Assembly (NCBI GenBank): GCA_017792405.1
Contig: CP051231.1
Span: forward strand, 192,626-256,625
Direction of reading: 5' to 3'
Origin: Oceanicola sp.
GTDB taxonomy: Bacteria; Pseudomonadota; Alphaproteobacteria; Rhodobacterales; Rhodobacteraceae
DNA length: 64,000 nucleotides
The notes below the pieces were generated by a model, which was given only the letters and a program-made list of their open reading frames with translations, was not told where the DNA came from and did not search any database. The translations under genes were made by a program, and so were the position numbers. Below are positions 51,031 to 61,010 of the stretch, piece after piece. Positions within the stretch are counted from its first letter, which is position 1. Every line of letters begins with the position of its first letter.

Positions 51031-53670
51031 ATGGACCCGAATGCCGCCCGCTCCCGCGCCCTGAAGCGCCTGATGAAGCCCCTCCAGCTGACGCGGATGG
51101 GGATGATCGCCGAGCGGGTGGTGCGCTGCTTCTGGCCGGTCTGGACGCTGGTTTTTGCCCTTGCCGCTGCGCTGGCCTTTGGCGCGCATGATGCACTGCC
51201 GCCAGAGGGCGTGTGGGCCGTGGGCGGGCTCTGGATCATAGCTTTTATCGTGGCCATCAGCCTTGGCGTCCGGGCCTATGCCCGGCCTTCGGGCAAGGAG
51301 GTGGTCGCACGGCTCGATGCCACGCTGCCGGGCCGCCCGATCCGGGCGCTTTCGGACAAGCAGGCGATTGGCGCGGGCGATTTTGGCTCCGAAGCGGTGT
51401 GGAACGCTCATGTGGAGCGGATGGCGGCGCGGATCGAGGGCGCCAAGGCCGTGCGCCCCGACCTGCGGATTGCCGACCGTGACCCCTACGCATTGCGCTA
51501 TGCCGCGCTGGGCGCGCTGGTGACGGCACTGCTCTTTGGCTCGCTATGGCGGATCACTTCGCTCGACGATGCGGCGGGCGCTGGCCCGGGTGCCGCTCTG
51601 GCCGCCGGGCCGAGCTGGGAGGGCTGGATTGAGCCGCCCGCTTACACCGGCAAGCCTTCGCTCTATCTCAATGACATCACCCAAGCCGAGTTTACCGTGC
51701 CGGAAGGCTCGGAGGTGACGATCCGGCTTTATGGCGAGGTTGGTGCGCTTTCGGTCCGTGAGACGGTTTCGGGCACCGCGCCTGTGGCTCCGGCCGAGGA
51801 GGGCGAAGAGGCCGCTGCCGCGGAGGCGGGCGATGAGGCCACCCCCGCGCAGCCCGACGATGGCGTGCGCAGCTTTGAAGTGACCGGCTCCGGCGAGATC
51901 GAGATCGATGGTGCCGGCGGGCGGATGTGGACGGTGCTGATCTCGCCCGATACCGCGCCCCGCGTGGAGCTCGTTGGCGAGGTCGATCGCTCGGCCATGG
52001 GCGAGTTGCAGCAGCGGTTCCGCGCGGAAGATGACTACGGCGTTGTTGCCGGGTCTGCCCAGATCACGCTGGATGAGGGCGCGCTTGAGCGGCGCTACGG
52101 CCTTGCGGTCGAGCCCGAGCCGCGCGACCCGGTGATGCTGGACCTGCCGATGACCATCTCAGGCGACCGGGCGGCCTTTGAGGAAACACTGATCGACGAC
52201 CTCAGCAAGCACGCCTGGGCCAACCTGCCGGTGCGCATGCAGATGCGCGTCGAAGATGCCAACGGGCAGGAGGGGCGCAGCGAGGCGGTGGCCATGGTGC
52301 TGCCCGGACGGCGCTTCTTTGACCCGGCGGCGGCCGCGCTGATCGAGCTGCGGCGTGACCTGCTCTGGAGCCGCGAGAACGGCCCGCGCACGGCGCAAAT
52401 CCTGCGGACGCTCACGTGGAAACCCGCCTCGGCGCTGGACCAGCCGCGCAACTACCTGCAGGTGCGGATGGTGCTGAAACGGCTGGAGGCCTCCCGCCCC
52501 GAGTTGCCCGAAGCGACCCGCGACGAGCTGGCCGAGGCGCTCTGGGAGATCGCCGTGCGGATCGAGGAGGGCACGCTCTCGAACGCGCTGGAGCGGTTGC
52601 GGCAGGCGCAGGAGCGGCTGAACGAGGCAATCCGCAATGGCGCCTCGGACGAAGAGATCGCCCGGCTGATGGATGAGATGCGGCAGGCGATGCAGGATTA
52701 CATGCGCCAGCTTGCCCAGCAGCAACAGCAGGACCCGAACCAGCAGCAGCAGGGGCAGCAGGGCGAGACGATGGAGCTCAGCCAGCAGGATCTGCAGGAC
52801 ATGCTCGACAAGCTCGAGGAGCTGATGCAGCAGGGTCGCACTGCCGAGGCGCAGGAGCTGCTGAACCAGCTCATGGAGATGATGCAGAACATGCAGGTCA
52901 CCCAGGGCCAGGGCGGGCAGGGGCAGCAGAGCCCCGGCGAGCAGGCCATGGAGGGGCTGGCCGAGACCCTGCGCGACCAGCAGGGGCTGAGTGACGAGGC
53001 CTTCCGCGACCTGCAGGAACAGTTCAACCCCAACGCCCAGCAGGGCGAGAGCGGGCAGAACCAGGGCCGCAACGGCAACCAGGGCCAGGGCGAGAGCCAT
53101 GAGCAAGGGCAGAACCAGCAGGGCCAGGGCAACAACCCCGATGGCCGCCCCGGCGAGGGTGGTGAGCCGGATCAGCGCAGCCTTGCGCAGCGCCAGCGCG
53201 AGCTGCGCCGCGAGTTGGAGCGCCAGCGCGGGCAACTGCCCGGCGCGGGCACCGAACAGGGCGACGCCGCCCGCCGCTCGCTCGACGAGGCGGGCCGGGC
53301 GATGGACCGGGCCGAAGAGAGCCTGAACCAAGGTGACCTTGCCGATGCGATCGACAACCAGAGCCAGGCGATGGAGCGGCTCCGCGAGGGGATGCGCAAC
53401 CTTGGCGAGGCCATGGCCGAAGAGCGCCGCCAGCAGCAGGGCGGGCAGGGCGAGAACGTGGGCCGGGCCGACCCGAACGGTCGCCGCGACCCGCTGGGCC
53501 GCGACCGTGGCTCCACTGGCCCGCTGGGCACCGAAGAGCACATGCTGCAGGGCGAGGACGTGTATCGCCGTGCGCGCGATCTCCTCGACGAAATCCGCCG
53601 CCGCTCCTCGGAGCAGGGCCGCCCGGATGTGGAACTGGAGTATCTCAAGCGCCTGCTTGAGCGGTTCTGA
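51031..53670 (+). CDS. TIGR02302/DUF4175-family membrane protein
   Basis: N-terminal TM helices, WIEPPAYTGKP, DDYGV, ALIELRRDL and a Gln-rich coiled-coil C-terminal half; usual position after lysA. Confidence 0.88.
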   Translation: MDPNAARSRALKRLMKPLQLTRMGMIAERVVRCFWPVWTLVFALAAALAFGAHDALPPEGVWAVGGLWIIAFIVAISLGVRAYARPSGKEVVARLDATLPGRPIRALSDKQAIGAGDFGSEAVWNAHVERMAARIEGAKAVRPDLRIADRDPYALRYAALGALVTALLFGSLWRITSLDDAAGAGPGAALAAGPSWEGWIEPPAYTGKPSLYLNDITQAEFTVPEGSEVTIRLYGEVGALSVRETVSGTAPVAPAEEGEEAAAAEAGDEATPAQPDDGVRSFEVTGSGEIEIDGAGGRMWTVLISPDTAPRVELVGEVDRSAMGELQQRFRAEDDYGVVAGSAQITLDEGALERRYGLAVEPEPRDPVMLDLPMTISGDRAAFEETLIDDLSKHAWANLPVRMQMRVEDANGQEGRSEAVAMVLPGRRFFDPAAAALIELRRDLLWSRENGPRTAQILRTLTWKPASALDQPRNYLQVRMVLKRLEASRPELPEATRDELAEALWEIAVRIEEGTLSNALERLRQAQERLNEAIRNGASDEEIARLMDEMRQAMQDYMRQLAQQQQQDPNQQQQGQQGETMELSQQDLQDMLDKLEELMQQGRTAEAQELLNQLMEMMQNMQVTQGQGGQGQQSPGEQAMEGLAETLRDQQGLSDEAFRDLQEQFNPNAQQGESGQNQGRNGNQGQGESHEQGQNQQGQGNNPDGRPGEGGEPDQRSLAQRQRELRRELERQRGQLPGAGTEQGDAARRSLDEAGRAMDRAEESLNQGDLADAIDNQSQAMERLREGMRNLGEAMAEERRQQQGGQGENVGRADPNGRRDPLGRDRGSTGPLGTEEHMLQGEDVYRRARDLLDEIRRRSSEQGRPDVELEYLKRLLERF

Positions 53671-53699
53671 TCACCAGCGAAACCTGATGCGATCCAGCG

Positions 53700-53725
53700 G
53701 CGCGGCCTTGCGGCCGCGCTATTTT
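53700..53725 (+). terminator. Rho-independent terminator
   Basis: GCGCGGCC-TTGC-GGCCGCGC followed by TATTTT. Confidence 0.6.
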
Positions 53726-53774
53726 GGAGCGCCGTCGGAGGTGAGAGTTCTCGGCACGAAAATGCAGCCGGACG

Positions 53775-54674
53775 TTAGTCGCTCCCGGCACCGCGCAGGA
53801 GACCGTCGAGCCAAAGCCGGGCGGTGTTGACGGTGTCCACGTAAGCGGTGAGCGGGCCTTCCAGCGCGGGCACGGCGGCAGCGATCTGCGGGGCCTGCGT
53901 GTAGGCCAAGAAGGCCAGCAGGGCGAGCAGGGTGACGAGGCCGAAGCCGAGGCGGAAACCGCGCTTGGCCTTGCGTTTCTCGACCTCTTCGGTGCTGCCC
54001 GGCTCCTCGGCCTGACGGCTCGGGTCGGCGCTGGCGCGGAGGGTGGAGTTGATCTCTTCGATATCGGGCAGCATCTCGCTGCGCTGGGCAGCGCGGCCAG
54101 AGAGGGCGGCAACGGCGGCGGCGGGGTGCTCGCCCCGCATCCTGGCTTTATGGGTCTCGCTGGCCACCTGCCGCTCGTCGGGCGCAAACTCGGGCTCAGG
54201 CTCGTATTCCGGCTCGGGCTGCGGGGCGGGGGCGGGCTCCGGTGCTGCGGGCTCCGGCTGCGGCTCGGGCAGAGGCTCTGCGATGCGGGTGGTTTCGGGC
54301 CGAGGCTCGGGGGTTGGGTCGGGCACAGGCTCCGGCGCGGGGGGCGGCGGCGCCTCGGCGGCGCGGGCGGCCTTTTCACGCTCGGCCTCTTCGCGCAGCA
54401 CGTCCATCACCGCGGCATCGAGCGCGCGGCGGGCCGGGCGGTCTGGCGTGGGTTCGGAGTGATCCGGCTCCCCGGTGGAGATATTCGTGGTCTCGTGGCG
54501 GGGGCCGGGCTGGCTGGCCTTGCGCACCGCCTCGCTCTGCCGCTCGCGCGCGCCATCGGGCAGCTGAAACCAGCCGTGACCGCAGTTGGAGCACTGCACA
54601 TCGCGCCCCGCCTCGGGAATGACACTGTCATCCACGGCGTATTGCGCACCGCAATTCGGGCATACCAGCCGCAT
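53775..54674 (-). CDS. MJ0042-type zinc-ribbon membrane protein (ZitP-like N-terminus)
   Basis: CPNC...VQCSNCGHGW, a long Pro/Glu-rich linker and a TM helix near the C-terminus; divergent from ftsE. Confidence 0.82.
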   Translation of the reverse strand: MRLVCPNCGAQYAVDDSVIPEAGRDVQCSNCGHGWFQLPDGARERQSEAVRKASQPGPRHETTNISTGEPDHSEPTPDRPARRALDAAVMDVLREEAEREKAARAAEAPPPPAPEPVPDPTPEPRPETTRIAEPLPEPQPEPAAPEPAPAPQPEPEYEPEPEFAPDERQVASETHKARMRGEHPAAAVAALSGRAAQRSEMLPDIEEINSTLRASADPSRQAEEPGSTEEVEKRKAKRGFRLGFGLVTLLALLAFLAYTQAPQIAAAVPALEGPLTAYVDTVNTARLWLDGLLRGAGSD

Positions 54675-54847
54675 AGGCGCCCCCTCGATTTCAACCCGGT
54701 TCGGTTGATTGCCTCTGTTATTTGACATGCAAACTATCACCCAAACCCCCGGAAGCAAAGAAATTGCGGCGGCCGTGCAGGTGCGGCAATTGCAAGTGAG
54801 GCCTCGCTGCGGCAAAAGGAGCCGCAGGATTGGGTAGGGGCTGGCGC

Positions 54848-55525
54848 GTGATCGAGCTGGAAAATGTGGCGTACAGCTATGGCGGCGGGGAGTTGTTGAG
54901 CGACATATCGCTCCGGCTCGCGCCCGGGTCATTCCACTTTCTGACCGGGCCATCGGGCGCGGGGAAGACCACGTTTTTGAAGCTTTGCTACCTCGAACTG
55001 GCGCCCACATCGGGCCGGGTTCAGCTCTTCGACAAGCCGGCCACCGGGTTCAGCCGGAACGAGGTGGCGCGCGCCCGTCGGCGGATTGGCGTGGTGCATC
55101 AGGATTGCCATTTTCTCGACCATCTGCCGCTGGCCGAGAACATCGCGCTGCCGCTCACGGTGGCGGGGCGGAATGTGGCGGAAGAGAAGGGCAATATCGA
55201 AGAATTGCTGCGCTGGGTCGGGCTGGAAAAGCACACCGATGCGCTGCCGCCCTCGCTCTCGGGTGGTGAGCGGCAGCGGGCGGCGCTGGCGCGGGCGGTT
55301 GTGATGTCTCCCGATATCGTGCTGGCCGACGAGCCGACGGGCAACGTGGATTGGGAGATGGGGCAGCGGTTGCTGCAGTTGCTCGTGGAGCTGAACAAGA
55401 TGGGCAAGACCATCGTGATCGCCACCCATGATCTCAACCTGATCCGCACCGCCAAGAGCAAGGTTGCGGCGCGGGTGCTGCGGATTGCCAAGCGGCGGCT
55501 CCAGCTTGCGGGGGCCGACCTGTGA
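54848..55525 (+). CDS. ftsE: Cell division ATP-binding protein FtsE
   Basis: GPSGAGKTT, LSGGERQR, LADEPTGNVD and ATHD; upstream of ftsX. Confidence 0.92.
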   Translation: MIELENVAYSYGGGELLSDISLRLAPGSFHFLTGPSGAGKTTFLKLCYLELAPTSGRVQLFDKPATGFSRNEVARARRRIGVVHQDCHFLDHLPLAENIALPLTVAGRNVAEEKGNIEELLRWVGLEKHTDALPPSLSGGERQRAALARAVVMSPDIVLADEPTGNVDWEMGQRLLQLLVELNKMGKTIVIATHDLNLIRTAKSKVAARVLRIAKRRLQLAGADL

Positions 55526-56466
55526 GCGGCATCGGTGGCAAGGTGGCGGGCGTGCTCTCGGCCCTGAAGGTGCGGACGGGCAAGGCGCTGGCGTTGCTTC
55601 AGGGCGACGGGCAGGCCGACCGGGTGGTGCCGCCCACGGGGTTTACCGCAAACCTGACGCTGTTCACCGCCGGGGCGATGGCCTTTCTGGCGGTGTTCGC
55701 CCTTGCACTGTCGCTCGCCACGGGCCGGGTGGCCAGCCGATGGAGCGAGGAACTGGCGCGCTCGGCGACGCTGCGAATTTCGGCCCCGATGGAGCAACGC
55801 GAGGCGCAGGCAGCCAAGGCGCTTGAGGTGCTGGAGAGCACGCCCGGCGTCGCCTCCGCCCGCAGGCTGAGCGACGACGAGCAGCGCGACCTTCTGGCGC
55901 CGTGGCTGGGCGTTGACCTGCCGATGGAAGACCTGCCGGTGCCGGTGCTGATCGAGGTGGTCGAGGGCGAAGGGCTGGACGTGGCCGGGCTGAAGGCGCG
56001 GCTGGCGGGCGAGGTGCCGGGCGCTGTCTATGACGACCATTCGCGGTGGCGGGAGCCGCTGATCCGCGCGGCCTCGCGCCTGCGGCTCTTGGGCTGGGTG
56101 GCGCTCGGGCTCATCGCGGCCTCGACGGCGGCGATGATTACGCTGGCCGCGGGCTCTGCGCTGGCGGCCAATGCACGGGTGATCGCCACCCTGCGGCTGG
56201 TGGGCGCAACCGATACCTACATTGCCCGCGCTTTCGTGCGGCGCTTTACCCAAAGGGCGCTTCTGGGCGCGGCGGTGGGCACCTCGCTGGCCATGCTGGC
56301 GCTGGCGCTTCTGCCGCGGGCGGAGACGACCGGGGGCTTTTTGACCGGGCTTGGCTTTACCGGCGCGGGCTGGCTGCTGCCGCTCATCGTGCCGATGCTC
56401 GCGGCGATCACCGCCTTCTGGGCCACGCGGGCTTCGGCCTTTCGGACATTGAGGCAAGTCACATGA
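55522..56466 (+). CDS. ftsX: Cell division permease FtsX
   Basis: Four TM helices, LRLVGATDTYIA; GTGA overlap with ftsE. Confidence 0.88.
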   Translation: MSGIGGKVAGVLSALKVRTGKALALLQGDGQADRVVPPTGFTANLTLFTAGAMAFLAVFALALSLATGRVASRWSEELARSATLRISAPMEQREAQAAKALEVLESTPGVASARRLSDDEQRDLLAPWLGVDLPMEDLPVPVLIEVVEGEGLDVAGLKARLAGEVPGAVYDDHSRWREPLIRAASRLRLLGWVALGLIAASTAAMITLAAGSALAANARVIATLRLVGATDTYIARAFVRRFTQRALLGAAVGTSLAMLALALLPRAETTGGFLTGLGFTGAGWLLPLIVPMLAAITAFWATRASAFRTLRQVT

Positions 56467-57218
56467 GAGACGCGGTGCAATGGGTCCGCAGCCTGATCTT
56501 TGTCGGGCAGATGTATCTGGCGATGGCGGTGCTGGCGGTGTTCTTCACCCCGTGGATGCTGGTGGACCGGCGCGGGGCCTTTGCGGGGGTGCATACCTAT
56601 TGCCGCTGGGTGCGATGGTCGGCTTCTTGGATGGTGGGGCTGAAGACGGAAGTGCGCGGCGAGGTGCCCTCCGGCGAGGTGCTGGTCGCCTCCAAGCACC
56701 AGAGCTTCCTTGATATCATCATGCTGGTCTCGGTGCTGCCGCGCCCGAAGTTCATCATGAAACGCGAGCTGATGTTCGCGCCGATCCTCGGGCAATACGC
56801 GCTGCGCATCGGTTGTGTGCCGGTGGACCGGGGCAAGCGGGCGCAGGCTATTCAGAAGATGGTTGCCGATGTGGCCAGCGGGGCGCAGCGGCCCGGACAG
56901 TTGATCATCTATCCGCAGGGCACCCGCACGGCGCCCGGCTCGGACCTGCCCTACAAGGTGGGCAGCGCGGTGCTCTACCGCGAGCTTGGGCAAACCTGCG
57001 TGCCGGCGGCGACCAACGTGGGCGTGTTCTGGCCGCGCAAGGGGATCATGCGCAAGCCGGGCGTGGCGGTTGTGGAGTTTCTGCCGCCGATTCCGCCGGG
57101 GCTGACGCCGCAGGAGTTCTCTGAACGGCTGCGCAGCGTGGTCGAAGAACGCTCGGATGCGTTGATGCTGGAGGCCGGGTTCGATGCACCGACGGCAAGG
57201 GCGAGGGCAAAGGGATGA
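56463..57218 (+). CDS. 1-acyl-sn-glycerol-3-phosphate acyltransferase (PlsC-like)
   Basis: SKHQSFLD, VDRG, YPQGTR; ATGA overlap. Confidence 0.88.
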   Translation: MRDAVQWVRSLIFVGQMYLAMAVLAVFFTPWMLVDRRGAFAGVHTYCRWVRWSASWMVGLKTEVRGEVPSGEVLVASKHQSFLDIIMLVSVLPRPKFIMKRELMFAPILGQYALRIGCVPVDRGKRAQAIQKMVADVASGAQRPGQLIIYPQGTRTAPGSDLPYKVGSAVLYRELGQTCVPAATNVGVFWPRKGIMRKPGVAVVEFLPPIPPGLTPQEFSERLRSVVEERSDALMLEAGFDAPTARARAKG

Positions 57219-57817
57219 GCGAGATCCGCGATGTGGCCGAGCTCGAGGCGCTTTACGGCGCGCCGGGGCAGCGCTCGCTCGACAAGGTGGCGCGGCGGAT
57301 CACCCCGCTCTACCGCCAATGGATCGCCGCCTCGCGGTTTTGCGTGCTCTCGACGGTGGGGCCGGAAGGCACCGATGGCTCGCCGCGCGGAGATGACGGC
57401 CCAGTGGTGCTGGAGCTGGACGAGACTACGCTCGCGCTACCCGACTGGATGGGCAACAACCGCATGGATTCGCTGCGCAATATCGTGCGCGACGGACGGG
57501 TGAGCCTGATGTTCATGGTGCCCGGATCAACCAATGTGGTGCGGGTGAACGGCACGGCGGTGGTTTCGGTTGACGACGCGCTGCGGGGCCGGTTCGAGCG
57601 GGCCGGCAAGCTGCCGCGCTCGGTGGTCGTGGTGACGCTGGGCGAGATCTACTTTCAATGCGCCAAGGCGATCCTGCGCTCGGGCCTGTGGCGCGGCGAG
57701 GATGAAAGCGGCAAGGTGCCCACGGCGGGCGAGCTGGTGCGCGAGGCCGATGCGGGCTTCGACGCCGAAAGCTACGACGACGGCTATGCGGAATATGCCA
57801 AGCCGCGGATGTGGTGA
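57215..57817 (+). CDS. Pyridoxamine 5'-phosphate oxidase-like FMN-binding protein
   Basis: DGSPRGD, PDWMGNNRMDSLRNI and YFQCAKA. Confidence 0.87.
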   Translation: MSEIRDVAELEALYGAPGQRSLDKVARRITPLYRQWIAASRFCVLSTVGPEGTDGSPRGDDGPVVLELDETTLALPDWMGNNRMDSLRNIVRDGRVSLMFMVPGSTNVVRVNGTAVVSVDDALRGRFERAGKLPRSVVVVTLGEIYFQCAKAILRSGLWRGEDESGKVPTAGELVREADAGFDAESYDDGYAEYAKPRMW

Positions 57818-57842
57818 GGCGCAGGGTGGGTAGGGCCGGAGG

Positions 57843-58805
57843 TTAGGCCGCCAACCCTTTGCTGCCCATCTTCAGAAACTTCTCGCGGCGGTCCTTGCGG
57901 AGCTGCTTGCGGTTCTTGCCCTCAAGATCCTTCAGCAGGCTCTGCACCGCGCCGCCGACGCGCTTGATCACCTCGGCCCGGTGACGCTGCGCGCCGCCCA
58001 GAGGCTCCTTGATGATGTGATCGCAGATGCCGAGCTGCTTGAGATCCTGTGCGGTGAGCCGCAGGGCCTCGGCTGCCTCGCGCATCTTCTCGGCATCCTT
58101 CCACAGGATCGAGGCGCAGCCCTCGGGGGAGATCACCGAGTAGATCGAATGTTCGAGCATTGCCAAGCGGTTGGAGGAGGCAAAGGCGACCGCGCCGCCG
58201 GAGCCGCCCTCGCCGATCACCACCGATACCATCGGCACGCCAAGGTTGAGGCACTTCTCGGTCGAGCGGGCGATGGCCTCGGACTGGCCGCGCTCTTCGG
58301 CGCCCTTGCCGGGATAGGCGCCGGGGGTGTCGACCAGCGTGACCACGGGCAGATCGAAGCGGTCGGCGAGGTCCATCAGGCGGATCGCCTTGCGGTAGCC
58401 CTCGGGGCGGGCCATGCCGAAGTTACGCTCGATGCGGGTTTTGGTGTCATGCCCCTTCTCGTGGCCGATCACCACCACCGGGCGCCCTTCGAGCCGCGCC
58501 ATGCCGCCCATGACGGCGTGGTCATCGGCAAAGTTCCTGTCGCCGGCGAGCGGCGTGTATTCGGTGAAGAGCGCCTCGATATAATCCTTGCAGTGCGGAC
58601 GGTCGGGGTGCCGCGCGACCTGGCATTTGCGCCAGGCGGAGAGGTCGCCATAGAGCTCGGCGAGCAGGTCGCTGGCCTTCTTGTCGAGCCCGCGGGCCTC
58701 GTCCTCGACCTTCATCTCGGGGTTCGAGCGTGCCATCGCACGCAGCTCTTCGGCCTTGCCCTCGATCTCGGCAAGCGGCTTCTCGAATTCCAGGTAGTTG
58801 GTCAT
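57843..58805 (-). CDS. accA: Acetyl-CoA carboxylase carboxyltransferase alpha
   Basis: [34 protein letters not shown] and [14 protein letters not shown]. Confidence 0.97.
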   Translation of the reverse strand: MTNYLEFEKPLAEIEGKAEELRAMARSNPEMKVEDEARGLDKKASDLLAELYGDLSAWRKCQVARHPDRPHCKDYIEALFTEYTPLAGDRNFADDHAVMGGMARLEGRPVVVIGHEKGHDTKTRIERNFGMARPEGYRKAIRLMDLADRFDLPVVTLVDTPGAYPGKGAEERGQSEAIARSTEKCLNLGVPMVSVVIGEGGSGGAVAFASSNRLAMLEHSIYSVISPEGCASILWKDAEKMREAAEALRLTAQDLKQLGICDHIIKEPLGGAQRHRAEVIKRVGGAVQSLLKDLEGKNRKQLRKDRREKFLKMGSKGLAA

Positions 58806-58924
58806 TTATCCTCGCAGAGTGGCTGCACCCCCTCATATGGCGCAGCGTGGCCGGGCTTGCAACAAAGCAAGATTTGTCAGCTTGGGCCATGTTAGGCAGG
58901 CCGGGCAAAAGGCGAGGCAGGGCA

Positions 58925-59761
58925 ATGGATTACAAAAAACGGATGGAGCGGGTGGAGCGCCACATCCTGACCCATCTGGACGAAGACCTGAGCCTCGATG
59001 CGCTCGCCGATGTGGCGGCCTTCTCGCGGTTTCACTTTCATCGGGTCTATCTGAAGATGATGGGAGAGAGCGTGGCCGAGACGGTGCGGCGCACTCGGCT
59101 GAACCGCGCGGCGGTGATGCTGGCGACCACCCGGCAGGAGATGGCGCAGGTGGCCGAGTTGTGCGGCTACCCGAATACGCAGAGCTTTGCGCGGGCCTAC
59201 CGCGCGGCTTTTGGCGAGGCACCCTCGCAGACACGTCGCAGCCGGGTGGCCCCCGTGCTGCTGCTGCCCGAAAACCAAGGAGAGATACCCATGTATGATG
59301 TCGACATCCGGCAGGAGCCGGGCTTTCACGGTGCAGCCCTTGCCCATTCGGGCCCCTATCAGGAAATCGGGCAGGCTTATGAAGGGCTTATCCAAAAGTG
59401 CCTTGCGGCCGGGCTGGGCGGGAAGCTGGGGCTGCTGGTGGCCTACTTCTGGGATGATCCGACGGCGGTGCCGGCCGATCAGCTGCGCTCCCATGCCGGG
59501 GTGATCCTGCCTGAGGGCACGCCGGTGCCGGAGGGCTTGGACCCGGTGGAGGTGAAGCCCTGCGAGGTGCTGGTGGTGACCCACAAGGGGCCATACTCCG
59601 GGCTGCCGGAGGCTTGGGGCTTCATGTATGGCAAGGCGCTGGCCGAGAGCGGGCGGGCGCCTTCTGAGGAGGAGCCGCCGTTTGAACGCTACCTGAACAA
59701 CGCGATGGACACCGCGCCGGAGGAGCTGCTGACCGAGGTGGTCATGCCCTTGGCGCGGTGA
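58925..59761 (+). CDS. AraC-family regulator with a C-terminal GyrI-like effector domain
   Basis: LADVAAFSRFHFHR, GYPNTQSF.RAYR..FG..P, then H.GPY and FERYLN. Confidence 0.9.
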   Translation: MDYKKRMERVERHILTHLDEDLSLDALADVAAFSRFHFHRVYLKMMGESVAETVRRTRLNRAAVMLATTRQEMAQVAELCGYPNTQSFARAYRAAFGEAPSQTRRSRVAPVLLLPENQGEIPMYDVDIRQEPGFHGAALAHSGPYQEIGQAYEGLIQKCLAAGLGGKLGLLVAYFWDDPTAVPADQLRSHAGVILPEGTPVPEGLDPVEVKPCEVLVVTHKGPYSGLPEAWGFMYGKALAESGRAPSEEEPPFERYLNNAMDTAPEELLTEVVMPLAR

Positions 59762-59785
59762 GGTATGTGATGAGAGGTCAGTGGG

Positions 59786-60742
59786 TTACGAGGCGATCAG
59801 CTCGGATTGCTTCACGATCACCTCGGCCTGTTTGATCGAGGCGATATCCACGAGGCGGCCCTTGTAAACGGTCGCGCCCGCGCCCTCGGCCTTGGCCTTT
59901 TCCATCGCGGCGAGGATCTCGCGCGCCTCGGCCACGGCCTCTTCGGAGGGGGTGAAGACCTCGTTGGAGAGGGCCACCTGCTTGGGGTGGATCGCCCATT
60001 TGCCGACCATCCCGAGGGTGGCCGAGCGGCGGGCCTGGGCGCGGAAGCCCTCGTCGTCGGAGAAGTCACCGAAGGGGCCATCAACCGGCAGCACGCCGTG
60101 GGTGCGGCAGGCGGCGACGATGGCGGTTTGCGCCCAGTGCCACGGGTCGGAGTAGTGCCGGGTATCCCCTTGGAGCATATAGTAATTTTCCTGCGTTCCG
60201 CCGATGCCGGTGGTCTGCATGCCCATGCTGGCGGCAAAGTCGGCGGCGCCGAGGCTCATCGCCTCCATCCGGGGTGAGGCGGCGGCGATCTCTTCGACAT
60301 GGGCGATGCCGGCGGCGCTCTCGATGATGACCTCGAAACCGATGCGCTTGCTGCGGCCCTTGGCGGCCTCGACGGCGGTGACCAGAGCGTCGACGGCGTA
60401 GATATCGCCCGCGCAGCCGACCTTGGGGATCATGATCTGGTCGAGCCTTTCTGATGCGTTTTCAAGCAGGTCGACCACGTCGCGATACCAATAGGGGGTA
60501 TCGAGCCCGTTGATACGCACCGAAAGGCGCTTGTTGCCCCAGTCGATATCGCCGATGGCTTGGATCACGTTGCGGCGGGCCTCTGCCTTGTCATCGGGGG
60601 CGACCGAATCTTCGAGGTCGATGTTGATCACGTCCGCCGCAGAGCCTGCCATCTTCTCGAAGATCGCCGGGCGGGAGCCGGGGCCGAAGAGCTGACAGCG
60701 GTTGGGGCGGGCAGGCGGCGTGGGCTGGAGGCGGAAAGACAT
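59786..60742 (-). CDS. mcl: L-malyl-CoA/beta-methylmalyl-CoA lyase
   Basis: MSFRLQP..PARPNRCQLFGPGS, DLEDSVAP, VRING and GKWAIHP; matches the Rhodobacter Mcl1 type. Confidence 0.92.
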   Translation of the reverse strand: MSFRLQPTPPARPNRCQLFGPGSRPAIFEKMAGSAADVINIDLEDSVAPDDKAEARRNVIQAIGDIDWGNKRLSVRINGLDTPYWYRDVVDLLENASERLDQIMIPKVGCAGDIYAVDALVTAVEAAKGRSKRIGFEVIIESAAGIAHVEEIAAASPRMEAMSLGAADFAASMGMQTTGIGGTQENYYMLQGDTRHYSDPWHWAQTAIVAACRTHGVLPVDGPFGDFSDDEGFRAQARRSATLGMVGKWAIHPKQVALSNEVFTPSEEAVAEAREILAAMEKAKAEGAGATVYKGRLVDIASIKQAEVIVKQSELIAS

Positions 60743-61010
60743 CGGCAGGGCTCCGGGTAAGGATATTTCGTTTCGTTCGGCTTGGTTGGTAGATTATTGC
60801 GCCGCTACCTGCAAGCCCGATTGTGCCGCAGTGCAGCGATTCCGGATCTTGCACATCATTTTGCCCAAGGCTTCGCCGCAGCGCGAGATATTTGCGCTGC
60901 ATTGCGGCGCGGGGCGAGAATCTTGCGCGCAATCCTTAACCGCCCCTCAAGAATGCCACAAATTCCTTAACGGTGCACGGTAGCATCGCGCCAAACCAAG
61001 GAGCTGCCCC

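Noticed and set aside
52700-53200. CAG-rich, Gln-rich low-complexity tract
   Set aside because: Lies inside the TIGR02302-family coding sequence, where Gln-rich linkers are normal.
57821-57834. CAGGGTGGGTAGGG after the FMN-binding protein gene as another REP copy
   Set aside because: Only one arm is present and there is no complementary half.
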